NCBI GenBank assembly: GCA_965223875.1 | Contig: OZ245024.1 | Span: 236,015 to 300,014, forward strand | Length of the DNA: 64,000 bases | Source of the DNA: Candidatus Multivoradales bacterium | Lineage (GTDB): Bacteria; Acidobacteriota; Thermoanaerobaculia; Multivoradales; JAHEKO01 | Direction: 5' to 3' | Notes under the pieces: model-generated | The model's input: the letters and a program-made list of their open reading frames with translations, nothing else | What the model was told of the DNA's origin: nothing | The model's database searches: none | Position numbers and translations under genes: made by a program | Shown here: piece after piece, positions 1-14,421 of the stretch | Position numbering within the stretch: position 1 is the first letter of the stretch | Layout: each line of letters starts with the position of its first letter

Positions 1-436
1 GTACCGTGTCGAGGCGCTCCCAGGCACCTTCGAGCACGACGGCGAGGAGGTCCCAGACCGGCCAGCACCTGATCGACGGCGACACACCCGATCCCGGGAG
101 GACCTGGGCCACCACGCCCGCTCCGATCCGCGTCGACCATTCGATCAGCGCCTCGGCCGAGGCTCGATCGGTGGCGCGCGGAGGCGGGAGATAGACGCTC
201 GAGGGAAGACGCCTCCCGGCCCTGGACACCGCGTTACCGGCCGAGGAGCGCACGGTGTCCGCGGCACCTCCCACCGTTCCGTTTCGCAGGTCGGTCCACG
301 GAAGCTCATCGTCGCCGCGCATCCGTGCGGCGGCGTCCACCCAGAAGTTCGAGGGCTCTGGCGTGAGTCGGGTCAGGGGTAGAGGCGGCGCTTCTGGTTT
401 CCCCAAACCGGATGGCTTCCCCGGGTCGGAGGGCAT
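1..436 (-). CDS. possible hypothetical protein, 3'-truncated by window edge (low confidence)
   Basis: Minus-strand frame is stop-free from 1 to beyond 500. Candidate ATG starts at 436 and 322. The frame differs from ftsY. Translation (..SVYLPPPRATDRASAEALIEWSTRIGAGVVAQVLPGSG..WDLLAVVLEGAWERLDTV) has no recognisable family. High GC makes long open frames common. Confidence 0.2.
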   Translation of the reverse strand, partial: MPSDPGKPSGLGKPEAPPLPLTRLTPEPSNFWVDAAARMRGDDELPWTDLRNGTVGGAADTVRSSAGNAVSRAGRRLPSSVYLPPPRATDRASAEALIEWSTRIGAGVVAQVLPGSGVSPSIRCWPVWDLLAVVLEGAWERLDTV

Positions 437-489
437 CTCCGGACCGGATGGCTCTCCCAGATCGGGCAGCTTCCGGGAATCGGACACCG

Positions 490-1461
490 TCACTCGGCGC
501 CGAGCAGCGCGGCGGCGAACTCGCGCGGCCGAAAGTCGATCAGATCCCCGGCGGCTTCGCCGACGCCCAGATAGAGCACGGGCAGACGGAGATCGCGAGC
601 GATGGCCACGGCCATGCCGCCCTTGGCGGTTCCGTCGAGCTTCGCCAGCAGCACCCCGTCGACCGCCGCCGCCTCCTTGAAGAGCCGGGCCTGCTGCAGC
701 GCGTTGTGACCCGTCGTCGCGTCGAGCACCAGCAAGGTGCGCAGCGCCCATCCCTCCCCTTCCCTGTCGACGATGCGGCGCACCTTGGCGAGCTCCGACA
801 TCAGATGATCCTTGGTGTGGAGCCGGCCGGCCGTGTCGACGAGGACGTGATCGACCCCACGGGCCCGGGCGGCCTTGAGCCCGTCGAAGACGACGGCGCC
901 GGGATCTCCACCGGCTCGCCCCTTGACGATCTCGACGTCGAGGCGCTCCGCCCACAGGTCGAGCTGCTCGATGGCCGCGGCGCGAAAGGTGTCGGCGGCG
1001 ACCAGCAGGACTCCGGAGCCGGCGCTCTTGTAACGCTCTGCCAGCTTGGCGATGGAGGTCGTCTTGCCGACCCCATTGACACCGACCACCAGGGTGACCG
1101 CTGGCGTCGTCGCCCAGCTCGCCGGCCGGACGGCATCGAGCAGGAGGATCGAGATCTCGTCGGTCAGTCGCTCGCGCAAACGCCAGGCGTCGCGGATCTC
1201 ACCGCGTCGCACGTCGTTGCCCAGTCGTTCGACCAGCTCGAGGGAGGCTTCGACTCCGAGGTCGGCGCCGATCAGGGTCTCCTCGAGATCCTCGAGAGCG
1301 TCGTCATCCAGGACGTCGCGCCCGGTGACGACCCGCTCGACCCTCTGGACCAGGTCTCCCTGGGTCTTCGAGAGTCCTTGCCTGAGCTTGCCCCAGAAGC
1401 CCTTCGAAGGGGTCTCGGCTGGCGTCGAGTCGTCGAGGTCGAGTGGCTGTCCGTCTCCCAT
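490..1461 (-). CDS. ftsY: signal recognition particle receptor FtsY
   Basis: SRP GTPase motifs GVNGVGKTTSIAKLA, DTAGR and TKLDGTAKGG. The start was moved to the ATG at 1461, which is preceded by GGAGGAG; this gives 323 aa. Confidence 0.9.
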   Translation of the reverse strand: MGDGQPLDLDDSTPAETPSKGFWGKLRQGLSKTQGDLVQRVERVVTGRDVLDDDALEDLEETLIGADLGVEASLELVERLGNDVRRGEIRDAWRLRERLTDEISILLLDAVRPASWATTPAVTLVVGVNGVGKTTSIAKLAERYKSAGSGVLLVAADTFRAAAIEQLDLWAERLDVEIVKGRAGGDPGAVVFDGLKAARARGVDHVLVDTAGRLHTKDHLMSELAKVRRIVDREGEGWALRTLLVLDATTGHNALQQARLFKEAAAVDGVLLAKLDGTAKGGMAVAIARDLRLPVLYLGVGEAAGDLIDFRPREFAAALLGAE

Positions 1462-1534
1462 CGCTCCTCCGTGGATCGCCAACCCTACACCAGGCGAAGG
1501 CGAGGGCGGAGACCGACCTCGGTGCGCTCGCGAC

Positions 1535-3289
1535 TCAGGCCACGGTGTCGGCTTGAGCCTCGTCGACGTCCTGCTGCTGAACGGTGATCTCGCCCTTCTC
1601 ATAGGCAGCGAGGAAGGCCGAGACGACGCGCACGTCGAAGCGGCGCCCGATCAGATTCGTGATCAGCCGAGCCGCCTCGTCGGGTGGCCTGAAACGCTGA
1701 TACGGGCGGCTCACGGTCATGGCGTCGAAGCTGTCCGCCACCGCGACCACACGAGCGATGAGCGGGATCTCCTCCGCCACCAGGCCGTCGGGATAACCGG
1801 AGCCGTCCCAGGCTTCGTGATGCCATCGGACCGCCGGGATCATCTCGCGTAGCTGGTCGATGGGGCTGAGGATGTCGGCGCCGATGACCGTGTGGAGCTT
1901 CATCTGCTCGTACTCCTCGGGCGTCAGGACGCCGCCCTTGGAGAGGATCTCGTCGTCGATGCCGATCTTGCCGACATCGTGCAGGAGGGCTCCGACCCAG
2001 ATCTGGTGCTGGAGCTCCTCCTTCAGGGCGAGATGACGCGCGATGGTCCGGCTCACCGTCGCCACCCGTGCGGAGTGACCCCGGGTGTACGGGTCCTTGG
2101 CGTCGATCGCTGTGGCGAAGGCGCGGATGGAGTTGATGAACAGTTCCCGGTTGGCCTGCGCCGCCCGTTGAAGCTGGCCGACATAGCCTTCGAGGTGACT
2201 GCTCATGCGGTTGAAGCTCTCGGCGAGCTGGCCGATCTCCTCGGCGGGCCCGCGCACCTCGGCACGCTGTCGGAAATTGCCGGCGGCGATCTCGCGGCTG
2301 GTGTCGGCGAGGTCCTTGATCGGACGAGAGATGTGACGGGCCGCGTACATGGCGATGATCATCGACAGCAGGATCAGGAGAAGCGCTGACAGGACCGTGT
2401 TCCAGATCATCTCGCGAACGGCGGCGAAGGCCGCGGCCGCCGGCTTGTGGACGACGACGCCCCACCCGGTCTCGGTCACGGGGCTCACCTGGCCGACCAT
2501 CTCGTAGGGTTGGCCGTCGAGGAAGAGCTCGTACTCGGCCGTCAGGTTCAGTGGCGCCCGGGCGAAGTCGCGCACCAGGGGCGACTCGACCAAGGCTCGT
2601 TGCATCTCCAGATCGGCTCCCTCCGACCAGAGAAGTCGTCCGTCGGCGGAGATCAGAAAAACCGAGATGGTGCTTTGGGCCTCGCGCTCGAAGAAACCCT
2701 CGAGGTGCTGGAGGCGGATCACGCCCTGGACGTAGAGCGTCGTCTCACCCTCTTCGTTGGTGGCCGCTGGCGTCGTCACGACCACGGTCGGCTGATTGCC
2801 GGTGGTCACCCGGGCGAAGCCGTAGTCGTGGCCGCCGGCCTCGTGCACCCGGCGGTAGGAGGCGATCAGCGCGTTCTCGACGGCGTGGGGCAGCACGCTC
2901 GGAGCCAGTGTCGTGCCGGCGCCATCGGCGTCCAGCAGCCTGAGCGCGATGACGTCGGGCGCCCCCTGCATGAAGCGCTGCAGGTAGGCGGGAATCCAGG
3001 GGCTCTGCAGCCGGCTCTCGAGACTCCCCGGGCCGGGCGCAGAGCCGATGGCGTCACCCAACTGCGCCAACTGCCGGCGATTCGACGAGAAGTAGTCCGA
3101 GAGCTCGACCGAGAGGGACATCGCCGAGCGAGTCAGGCTGGTCTTCTCCTGTGTCTTCAGCACCTCCCTGTTCTGCGAGATCAGCGCCAGACTGATGATC
3201 GTCAGCGGGATGATTCCAGAGAACAGCAGAAGGAGGAAGAAAAGCTGCTGTAGGGTCAGCCTACCGGTCAACGCTAGCCGCACGTGCAC
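1535..3289 (-). CDS. membrane sensor HD-GYP domain phosphodiesterase (c-di-GMP), with a HAMP-like linker
   Basis: N-terminal TM helix, a periplasmic-type sensor region, a second TM and a C-terminal HD-GYP signature (HDVGKIGI ... HHEAWDGSGYPDGL). GTG start at 3289. Confidence 0.8.
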   Translation of the reverse strand: MHVRLALTGRLTLQQLFFLLLLFSGIIPLTIISLALISQNREVLKTQEKTSLTRSAMSLSVELSDYFSSNRRQLAQLGDAIGSAPGPGSLESRLQSPWIPAYLQRFMQGAPDVIALRLLDADGAGTTLAPSVLPHAVENALIASYRRVHEAGGHDYGFARVTTGNQPTVVVTTPAATNEEGETTLYVQGVIRLQHLEGFFEREAQSTISVFLISADGRLLWSEGADLEMQRALVESPLVRDFARAPLNLTAEYELFLDGQPYEMVGQVSPVTETGWGVVVHKPAAAAFAAVREMIWNTVLSALLLILLSMIIAMYAARHISRPIKDLADTSREIAAGNFRQRAEVRGPAEEIGQLAESFNRMSSHLEGYVGQLQRAAQANRELFINSIRAFATAIDAKDPYTRGHSARVATVSRTIARHLALKEELQHQIWVGALLHDVGKIGIDDEILSKGGVLTPEEYEQMKLHTVIGADILSPIDQLREMIPAVRWHHEAWDGSGYPDGLVAEEIPLIARVVAVADSFDAMTVSRPYQRFRPPDEAARLITNLIGRRFDVRVVSAFLAAYEKGEITVQQQDVDEAQADTVA

Positions 3290-3353
3290 TCCTGCCTTCG
3301 AGGCCGACTATTCCAGAAAGATCTCGCCGACGGCAGTGACCACCTCGTTCGAC

Positions 3354-4477
3354 TCAGCCGCCCAGGGGACTCGCCAGAAAGGCCTCGAGATGCGCCGCGA
3401 TCGAGCTCACCGGGAGGGATCTGATTTCGACGCGGCCGAGGTCGACGGGCAGCACCCAGTACAGTCCGTCGCGGCGGGCCTTCTTGTCGTGACGTAGAGC
3501 CTCGACCAGATCGGCGACGTCGAGTTTTGGTAGTGCCGGTAGATCGAGCCGCGAGAGCAGCGTCCGGCACCGCTCGGCGAAGCGTGGATCGCCACCATGG
3601 TCGGCCGCCAGACGCAGGGCGAAGAGGAGTCCATAGGCGACCGCTTCGCCGTGCCGCAGCTGGTGATAGCCGAGGGCTGTCTCGATCGCGTGCCCCAGGG
3701 TGTGCCCGAGGTTGAGGACTCTGCGCGAGTCGCCCTCGGTGGGATCGGCCTCGACGATGCGCTGCTTGGCGGCGATTGCCGCTCCTATCAGACGGTCGAC
3801 GCGCCGATCGCCCGCCGCCGCCGCGTTGGGCGTAAAGGCGTCGAGGTCGGTCTCCAACCATTCGAAGAGCGGCGGATCGGCCGCCGCCGCGATCTTGACG
3901 ACCTCCACCATCCCCGAGCGCCACTCGCCGGCATCGAGCGTTCCCAGGGCCCGGGTCTCGGCGACGACGAAGGCGGGATGCCAGAAGGCGCCGACGCAGT
4001 TCTTGGCCGCGGGAAGGTCGATCGCCGTCTTGCCGCCGATGGCGGCATCGACCTGGGCGAGCAGCGTCGTCGGCAGCAGGGCCAGCTCGATGCCGCGCAG
4101 GAAGGTCGCCGCGACGAATCCGGCGACGTCACTGCTGCTGCCGCCGCCGGCCGCGATGACCCGGCTGTCACGAGTACCGCCGGCCGCCAGCATCGCCGAC
4201 CAGAGTGACTCCGCACAGGACAGGCTCTTGGCCTCCTCGCCGTCGGGGACCGGGAGGCGTGAGACACGAGCCCCCGAGTCGTCGATCCTGTCCAGGAGCG
4301 GGGCGTGGATCGCTTCCAGCCCCTCCGGATGGACGAGGAACACCGTGCGGCCGCGAGCCCAGTCGCCGAGCGCCGGCGCGGCCCGCTCCAGGGCCTGCGA
4401 GCCGACGAAGATTCGGGTCTCCCCGGCCTGGTGCCGCAGCGTCAGGTCGGCTTCGGCCCTGGTCCCCTCGCCGGGGC

Positions 4478-4481
<4 letters not shown>
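3354..4481 (-). CDS. aroB: 3-dehydroquinate synthase
   Basis: GGGSxxDxAGF, the NAD-binding Gly-rich region and the NLGHTLGHAIE metal-binding motif. The start at 4481 overlaps the aspS stop (ATGA). Confidence 0.85.
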
Positions 4482-6264
<1,783 letters not shown>

Positions 6265-6268
<4 letters not shown>

Positions 6269-7539
6269 TCCTCTCGATCTCCTCGTTGACGCAGTCGGTC
6301 GGCGAGCGCGTCGATCGCGACCGCTTGCTGTCGGCCGCTCGCCAGATCCCGCAGTGTGACGCACCCGCTCTTGATCTCGTCCTCGCCGAGCAGGAGGACA
6401 CGCTCGAGGCCGGCACGGTCGGCGCTCTTGAGCGAGCGCCCGAGGCCTCGTCCGGGGCTCTCGAGGACGACGGCGACGTCCGCGTCGCGGAGCCGCTCGG
6501 CGATCTCGAGCGCCGGCCCGGCGGCCGCCGTCCCGATCGGAACCAGCATGACCGGAGGAGCCCGGCGCATCGCGACGCGCGCCGTCTCCGGCAGACTCTC
6601 GATCAGGCGGTCCTCGCCGATGGCGAAGCCGATGGCCGGGATCGCCGGACCGCCCAGCTCGGCGACCAGCATGTCGTAGCGCCCTCCACCGACGATGGCG
6701 TCCTGCGCGCCCAGCCCGGTGGAGACGATCTCGAAGACCGTCCTCGTGTAGTAGTCGAGGCCGCGAACCAGATGGGGGCTGCGCCGGCTCTTCAGACCCA
6801 GCTCGTCGAGCGCCGAGACCACCGCCTCGAAATGATCGCGGCTCGCCTCGCTCAGGTGCTCGTCGAGGTCGGGGGCGCCGCGGAGCAGCTCGCGATCGCG
6901 CGGTGCCTTCGAGTCGAGAATCCGCAGGGGATTGCTCTCCAGACGCCGCCGACTCTCCTTGCTGAGCTCCTCGCGGTAGGGCTCCAGGTAGGCGACCAGA
7001 GCCGCCCGGTAGGTGGCCCGGGACTCGGCGTCTCCGACCGTGTTGACCAGGACCTCGAGGTCGCGGTGCCCGAGCTCGGCGAGGAAGCGCAACAGCATGG
7101 CGATCAGCTCGGCGTCCGACAGCGGCCCGGCATCGCCGAGGACCTCGGCGCCGATCTGATGGAACTGCCGGTAGCGCCCCTTCTGCGGGCGTTCGTAACG
7201 GAAGTACGGACCGATGTAGTAGAGCCGCTGCGGCAGGGGGCCGGAGGCCATGCCGCTCTCGACGAAGGCCCTGACGACCGGTGCCGTGCCCTCCGGGCGC
7301 AGGCTCAGCTTTCGACCCTTGCGGTCCTCGAAGGAGTACATCTCCTTGCCGACGATGTCGCTGCCCTCGCCGACGCTACGAGCGAAGAGCTCGGTATGCT
7401 CGATGACCGGCGTGCGGATCTCGCCGAAGCCGTAGTCGCGGAAGACGCGGCGCGCGGTGGCCTCGACCACCTGCCAGACGGGTGTCGAGTCGGGTAGCAG
7501 CGTCCGCGTGCCCTTGACGCCGAGGACCTTCTCACCCAT
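6265..7539 (-). CDS. hisS: histidine--tRNA ligase
   Basis: Class II HisRS motifs (YGFGEIRTPVIEHTELF, LRPEGTAPVVRA, GGGRYD). The start was moved to the ATG at 7539. Confidence 0.9.
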
Positions 7540-8088
7540 GAGTGTCGGTCTCCGCCGCGGCCTCGGCCGTGCCGTCGAGAGCATCGGCGTAGGTGCTCTT
7601 GAGCCGTCGATAGCGATCGGCGATCTCTCCGATCGTTTGCCGCTCTACGTCGCTCAGCCGGCGTGTCGGTTTGGCGGGAATCCCCATCGCCATCCAGCCG
7701 CTCGGTACCCGGCTGCCGGGCACCACCACCGCTCCGGCCGCGATCTGTGCTCCCGCTTCGACGATCGCGCCATCCAGAACCCTGGCGCCGATACCGATCA
7801 GCGCGCCGTCCTCGATGGTGCACCCGTGGAGGACCGCGGCGTGGCCGACGACGACGCGCCGGCCGATGACCAGCGGATGCGTCTCGTGAGTGACGTGAAG
7901 GATGGATCCGTCCTGGATGTTGGTCGTGTCGCCGATGGTGATCCGGTTGACGTCGCCGCGGGTCACGGTCTGGAACCAGAACGAGACATCCTCACCGGTG
8001 GTGACGTCTCCGGTGACCACCGCGTCGGGCGCGATCCAGGTGCCCCGGCCGAGGCTGGGGAGCCGTCCTTCGTACGGATACACCGGCA
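7532..8088 (-). CDS. gamma-class carbonic anhydrase-like hexapeptide-repeat protein
   Basis: Left-handed beta-helix hexapeptide repeats with the YPYEG..TWIAPDAVV..GD..IG start typical of gamma-CA/PaaY/CaiE proteins. GTG start at 8088 with AGGAG 7 nt upstream. Confidence 0.7.
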
Positions 8089-8213
8089 CTGTGGCTCCTG
8101 TGTTCCTACTGTGGCTCCTCGGTTGCTGGTGAATTCGTCTCGTAGCGGCGGTACGGGATGGACGTCGGCGACCGCCGACGAGCCCGGGGATCATAGCGCA
8201 CCGTACAATCTTC

Positions 8214-8923
8214 CGATGGCCGCTCATCCCGCTTGTGTCGACGTCGCCATCCCGGCGTTCAACGAGGAGGATTCGATCGGTCTCGTCCTGGCCGAGATCC
8301 CCAGTCCGCCGGTGCGCCGGGTGGTGGTGGCCGACAACCGGTCGACGGACGCCACCGCGGCAACCGCCGAGCGCGGCGGAGCTGTCGTGGTGCCCGCGGC
8401 GAAGCGTGGATACGGGAGCGCCTGCCTCGAGGCCCTGGCTCGCATGCGACGCGACGATCCCCCGGATGTGGTGGTCTTCCTCGATGCCGACTATTCGGAT
8501 CACCCCGACGAGCTGCCCTCGGTGATCGCGCCGATCCTCGCCGGCGAGGCCGACCTGGTCATCGGCTCGCGCGCCCTGGGAGAGGCCGAGCCGGGTGCCC
8601 TGCTACCCCAGGCCCGCGTGGGAAACCTGATCGCGTGTCACCTGATCCGCTGGCTCTACGGGCACCGCTACACCGACCTCGGTCCCTTCCGAGCCATCAC
8701 CTGGGAGGCCCTAGAGCGACTGGAGATGGGTGACCCGGATTTCGGCTGGACGGCGGAGATGCAGGTCAAGGCGCTGCGGTGGGGACTGCGGGTCGCCGAA
8801 GTGCCGGTCAGCTATCGCCGCCGGGTCGGGGTCTCCAAGATCACCGGCACCGTCAGGGGGACGGTGATGGCCGGGTACAAGATCCTCTGGACCGTGCTGC
8901 GCTACAGTTGGGCGCCGAGATGA
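8214..8923 (+). CDS. family 2 glycosyltransferase (polyprenyl-phosphate sugar synthase-like)
   Basis: VAIPAFNEEDSIG ... DADYSDHPDEL (DxD) ... a typical GT2_DPM-like fold of 236 aa. Divergent from the gamma-CA gene. Confidence 0.75.
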
Positions 8924-9420
8924 CCGACTCCCCCGCGGACGGGCCGCAGCGCGTCGACTTCGATATCGACGTGCGCTATGTCGAGACCGACGCCATGGGC
9001 GTCGTTCACCACTCCAACTACCTGGTGTGGTTCGAGTACGCACGCACCAAGCTGTGCGAGCTCTCCGGCGTGCACTACTCGGAGATCGAGAAGGCGGGCT
9101 ACGGACTGATGGTCACCGGCGTCGAGGTGCGCTACCGGCAGGGAGCGCGCTACGGCGATCGCGTCACCGTGACCGTGTGGCTCTCGCGGCTGGGAAGCCG
9201 GGTCGCTCATTTCGAATACGAGGTGCGGCGCGACGGCCTGCTGCTGACGAGCGGCGAGACGCATCACGTCTGGATTCGTTTCTCGGACAACCGCCCCTGC
9301 CGGATCCCCGAGGTGGCGAGGCCCCTCTTCGAGTCCCTGGCCGGCCGTTCGCTGGGCGGCCGGTCCCTGGGCCCCGTGGGCTCCATGGGCTCGCTGGATC
9401 CCGCGAGCTCCTCTTCATGA
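8920..9420 (+). CDS. acyl-CoA thioesterase, hotdog fold (YbgC/4HBT family)
   Basis: The 4HBT signature VRYVETDAMGVVHHSNYLVWFEYAR. ATGA overlap with the upstream GT2. Confidence 0.75.
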   Translation: MTDSPADGPQRVDFDIDVRYVETDAMGVVHHSNYLVWFEYARTKLCELSGVHYSEIEKAGYGLMVTGVEVRYRQGARYGDRVTVTVWLSRLGSRVAHFEYEVRRDGLLLTSGETHHVWIRFSDNRPCRIPEVARPLFESLAGRSLGGRSLGPVGSMGSLDPASSSS

Positions 9421-10601
9421 AGCGTCTCGCTCTGACCACTGCGGGCGAGAGCCACGGGCCGGGCCTGACGGCGATTCTGCGTGGCGTGCCGGCCGGGCTC
9501 GAGGTCGACGTGGAGGTGTTGCGTCAAGACATGCAGCGGCGGATGCACGGCTATGGCCGGGGCGCCAGGATGTCGATCGAGGACGACGTGGTGGAGATTC
9601 GCGGTGGCGTTCGCGGCGGCGTCACCCTGGGCGCCCCCATCGCCTTGTGGATCGAGAACCGCGATCACGCCAACTGGCGCAGTGTGATGGATCCGGTCGA
9701 GACCGATCCAGAGGCGGTGGCTCGGCACAGGATCCGCTCGCCGCGACCCGGCCACGCCGACCTCGCCGGAAGCCTGAAGCAGCTTTCCGGCGATCCGCGC
9801 GACGTGCTCGAGCGGGCCTCGGCGCGCGAGAGCGCCGCGCGGGTGGCGGCCGGCGCCATCGCCCGCATGCTCCTGGCCCGGCTCGGGGTGGAGATCCGCA
9901 GCGGGGTCAGGTCCCTGGGAGCGCTCGGCGTGGATGCCCCGGCGCCCACCTGGGAGACGGTGCGTGCCGTCGACGATACCTCTCCCCTGCGCGCGATCGA
10001 CCGCTCGCTCGAGGCCGGGATGGTGGAGCTGGTGGACCGGATGCAGGAGGCGGGCGACACTCTCGGCGGCTCCGTGACGGTCGTGGCGCACGGCGTCCCC
10101 GCGGGTCTCGGCTCCCACGATCATTGGGATGCCAAGCTCGACGGCCGCCTGTCTCAGGCCGTGCTCTCGGTGCCGGCGGTCAAGGCGCTCGAGATCGGCA
10201 GTGCCCTGGAGGTGAGTCGGGGACCGGGGAGCGAGGCGCACGACGCGATCGAGCGTTCCGGTGACGACTCCGGCTGGTCGCGGCCGTCCAATCGAGCCGG
10301 GGGTCTCGAGGGCGGTGTGTCGAACGGCGAGGACATCGTGTTGACCGCCTTCATGAAACCGATCTCGACCTTGCCGCGGGGCCTGCCCTCGGTCGATCTA
10401 GACACACTCGAGCCGCATCGCGGCCAGTACGAGCGCAGTGATGTGACGGCGCTGCCGGCGGCGGGGGTGATCGCCGAGGCGATGGTGGCGCTGGTGCTGG
10501 CCGACGCGGCGCTCGAGAAGCTGGGTGGTGACTCGATGGCCGAGCTGCTCGCCCACTACGAGGCGACCAGGGCGCTGCAACGGCAGTGGCCGGCCGGATA
10601 G
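9417..10601 (+). CDS. aroC: chorismate synthase
   Basis: GESHGPGL, RSPRPGHAD and the GG-x-SNGE motifs. 394 aa. ATGA overlap with the thioesterase. Confidence 0.9.
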   Translation: MKRLALTTAGESHGPGLTAILRGVPAGLEVDVEVLRQDMQRRMHGYGRGARMSIEDDVVEIRGGVRGGVTLGAPIALWIENRDHANWRSVMDPVETDPEAVARHRIRSPRPGHADLAGSLKQLSGDPRDVLERASARESAARVAAGAIARMLLARLGVEIRSGVRSLGALGVDAPAPTWETVRAVDDTSPLRAIDRSLEAGMVELVDRMQEAGDTLGGSVTVVAHGVPAGLGSHDHWDAKLDGRLSQAVLSVPAVKALEIGSALEVSRGPGSEAHDAIERSGDDSGWSRPSNRAGGLEGGVSNGEDIVLTAFMKPISTLPRGLPSVDLDTLEPHRGQYERSDVTALPAAGVIAEAMVALVLADAALEKLGGDSMAELLAHYEATRALQRQWPAG

Positions 10602-10683
10602 GGGCCGCGGCGCTCCGCACGGCGGCAGCGGCCGCCCGGGTGACTCCCAGAGGACCCGTGTGGCCACCACAGGACCCGGGTGG

Positions 10684-11558
10684 CTACCAGAGAATCAGAC
10701 CGACACCGAGGGCCATGAGCCCTACGGCGAGGAGCTTCCTGGCGGAGAGATCCTCGTCGAAGACGAGCCGTCCCCAGACCAGGGCGAGGAAGGATCCGAG
10801 AGCGCGCTTGAAGGTCTCGATGAAGCCGACCCACACCATGGTCATGGCGACGAAGTTGAGCGCGGCTCCGATGGCCGTCACGCCGATGGCGGCGCCGACG
10901 AGTCCCCATCTCCCGGCCCGGAGCTGGCCGATCTCGCCGCGGACGAGCAGGATGACGAGGCCGATCAGGGTGATGCCGGTCATCATGATCAGCCCGTGTA
11001 TGGCCGCCGACGAGGCATTCATCGCCAGCTTGTCGAGCGGTATCGCCAGCGACCAGCAGAGCGCGGTGAGGATCATGAGCAGACTCCCCCGCTCTTCACT
11101 GAGGGCGCGGACGAGGCGGCGCGGCGTGGCCGAGCCATCGCTCGGGACGCTGAGCCAGAAGGCGCCCGCCACCACCAGGACGATTCCGGCGAGCTGGCTC
11201 GGCCCGGGCCTCTCTCCCAGGATGGGGATGGCCAGAAGTGTCGTGAACACCGGGGTGAGCGATAGGTAGGGGATGGTCAGCGACAGGGGCGAGATCCGGA
11301 CCGCCTGCAGGAAGCAGAGGTTGGCGACGATGTTGAGCGCGATCGAGCTGGCGCCCGGCAGCACGTAGGCGGGAGCGACGGCCCACTCTGCCTCGCTCGC
11401 CGCCCAGACGAGGAAGATCGGCAACGAGCCGAGAGTCAGGAGGACGAGCAGGGGGATCGGGCCGACGCTCTCGCCGAGCAGCTTTCGCAGGACATCGAGC
11501 CCCGAGAAGGCGAGCGCGACGCAGGCGACGACCAGAAGCGCGACCAAAGAGACGTCCA
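10684..11558 (-). CDS. EamA/DMT-family transporter
   Basis: About 10 TM helices in two EamA halves. The start was moved to ATG 11558 (MDVSLVALLVV). Confidence 0.65.
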
Positions 11559-11670
11559 TGGCGCGCGGATCATATCGTTGACCGGCACTACAATCGTCAC
11601 GGTTCCGGCTGCGGTCATCCGCTACAGTGGCGACCGCGGCGCAACCGCGGCGAACCGCCGACAGAAAGCC

Positions 11671-13437
<1,767 letters not shown>

Positions 13438-13469
13438 GCCTTCTCGCGTACCTGTGGCCCTCATAGAGA

Positions 13470-13545
13470 CTGAAGCGGCCGGCCTTCGTGCCGGCCATTG
13501 TGCCGGTCACCCACCAACGGCCGGCAGGGACGCCGGCCGCTTCAG
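13470..13545. terminator. candidate bidirectional terminator (long hairpin)
   Basis: 14-nt inverted repeat CTGAAGCGGCCGGC / GCCGGCCGCTTCAG with an inner 8-nt stem. It lies between the convergent GspE-like and suhB-like genes. Confidence 0.4.
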
Positions 13546-13583
13546 TCAGGGAGGATGGGGAGACGGACGCCTGGCGCGGCTGC

Positions 13584-14408
13584 TCAGGGCTGCGGATCGA
13601 TCTCGTCGAGATGGGACTCGGACGTGTGCCGGGCGGCGATCTCGAGCAGGTCCCGGTGGACGGCTGGTGAGCCGGCGACGATGTTCCCGGTCTCGAGGTA
13701 GCGGTCCCCGCCGTCGAGGTCGGTGACCACGCCTCCGGCCTCCTCGATCAGCAGCACGCCGGCGGCCATGTCCCACGGACCGAGGCGGAACTCGAAGAAG
13801 CCGTCGTAGACGCCGGCGGCGGTGTTGGCCAGATCGAGTGCCGCCGCGCCCGGACGACGGATCGCCTTGGCGCGCAGGAAGATGGAGCGGAACAGCTCGA
13901 GGTAGGTGTCGATCGCGCGATGGGCCTTGAAGGGATATCCGGTGGCGAGAAACGCGCCGTCGACACCGCCGCGGCCGCTGACGCGCAATCTCCGGCCGTC
14001 GCACCAGGCCCCGCCGCCGGCAACGGCCGAGTACTCCCGCGAGCCGCTCGGGTCGGTGACGACGCACGCCACCGGGCGTCCGGCCCGCCAACACGCGACC
14101 GAGACGGCGAAGACCGGCAGACCGTGGAGGAAGTTGGTCGTGCCGTCGAGCGGGTCGACCATCCAGACGTGGTCGCCACCCCGTGTCGTCGCCAGACCGC
14201 TCTCCTCGGCCAGAATGTCGTGGCCCGGATGCTCCTCGCGGATGATGGCGAGAATGGCGTCTTCGCTCTCGCGGTCGGCTTGGCTGACGAAGTCGTTGGC
14301 CGCTTTGGCGCTCACCTCGAGAGACGAGCTGCCGAAGTAGCCGGAGACGACAGCGCTGCCGGCTCGGGCGGCGCGCCGGGCCGTCTCGAGAATCCTCTCC
14401 TGAGACAC
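13584..14408 (-). CDS. inositol monophosphatase family protein (SuhB-like)
   Basis: IMPase motifs: EESG, WMVDPLDGTTNF, the DxxxG region. Confidence 0.8.
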   Translation of the reverse strand: MSQERILETARRAARAGSAVVSGYFGSSSLEVSAKAANDFVSQADRESEDAILAIIREEHPGHDILAEESGLATTRGGDHVWMVDPLDGTTNFLHGLPVFAVSVACWRAGRPVACVVTDPSGSREYSAVAGGGAWCDGRRLRVSGRGGVDGAFLATGYPFKAHRAIDTYLELFRSIFLRAKAIRRPGAAALDLANTAAGVYDGFFEFRLGPWDMAAGVLLIEEAGGVVTDLDGGDRYLETGNIVAGSPAVHRDLLEIAARHTSESHLDEIDPQP

Positions 14409-14421
14409 CGGTCCGGGGCGG

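Noticed and set aside
412-1587. 391-aa plus-strand ORF, with a nested 801..1136 minus-strand ORF, overlapping ftsY
   Set aside because: Antisense or alternative-frame ORF inside a well-supported ftsY gene. Low-complexity Arg/Pro/Gly-rich translation typical of high-GC shadow ORFs.
6286-7497. 403-aa plus-strand ORF antisense to hisS
   Set aside because: Shadow ORF opposite a confidently identified hisS.
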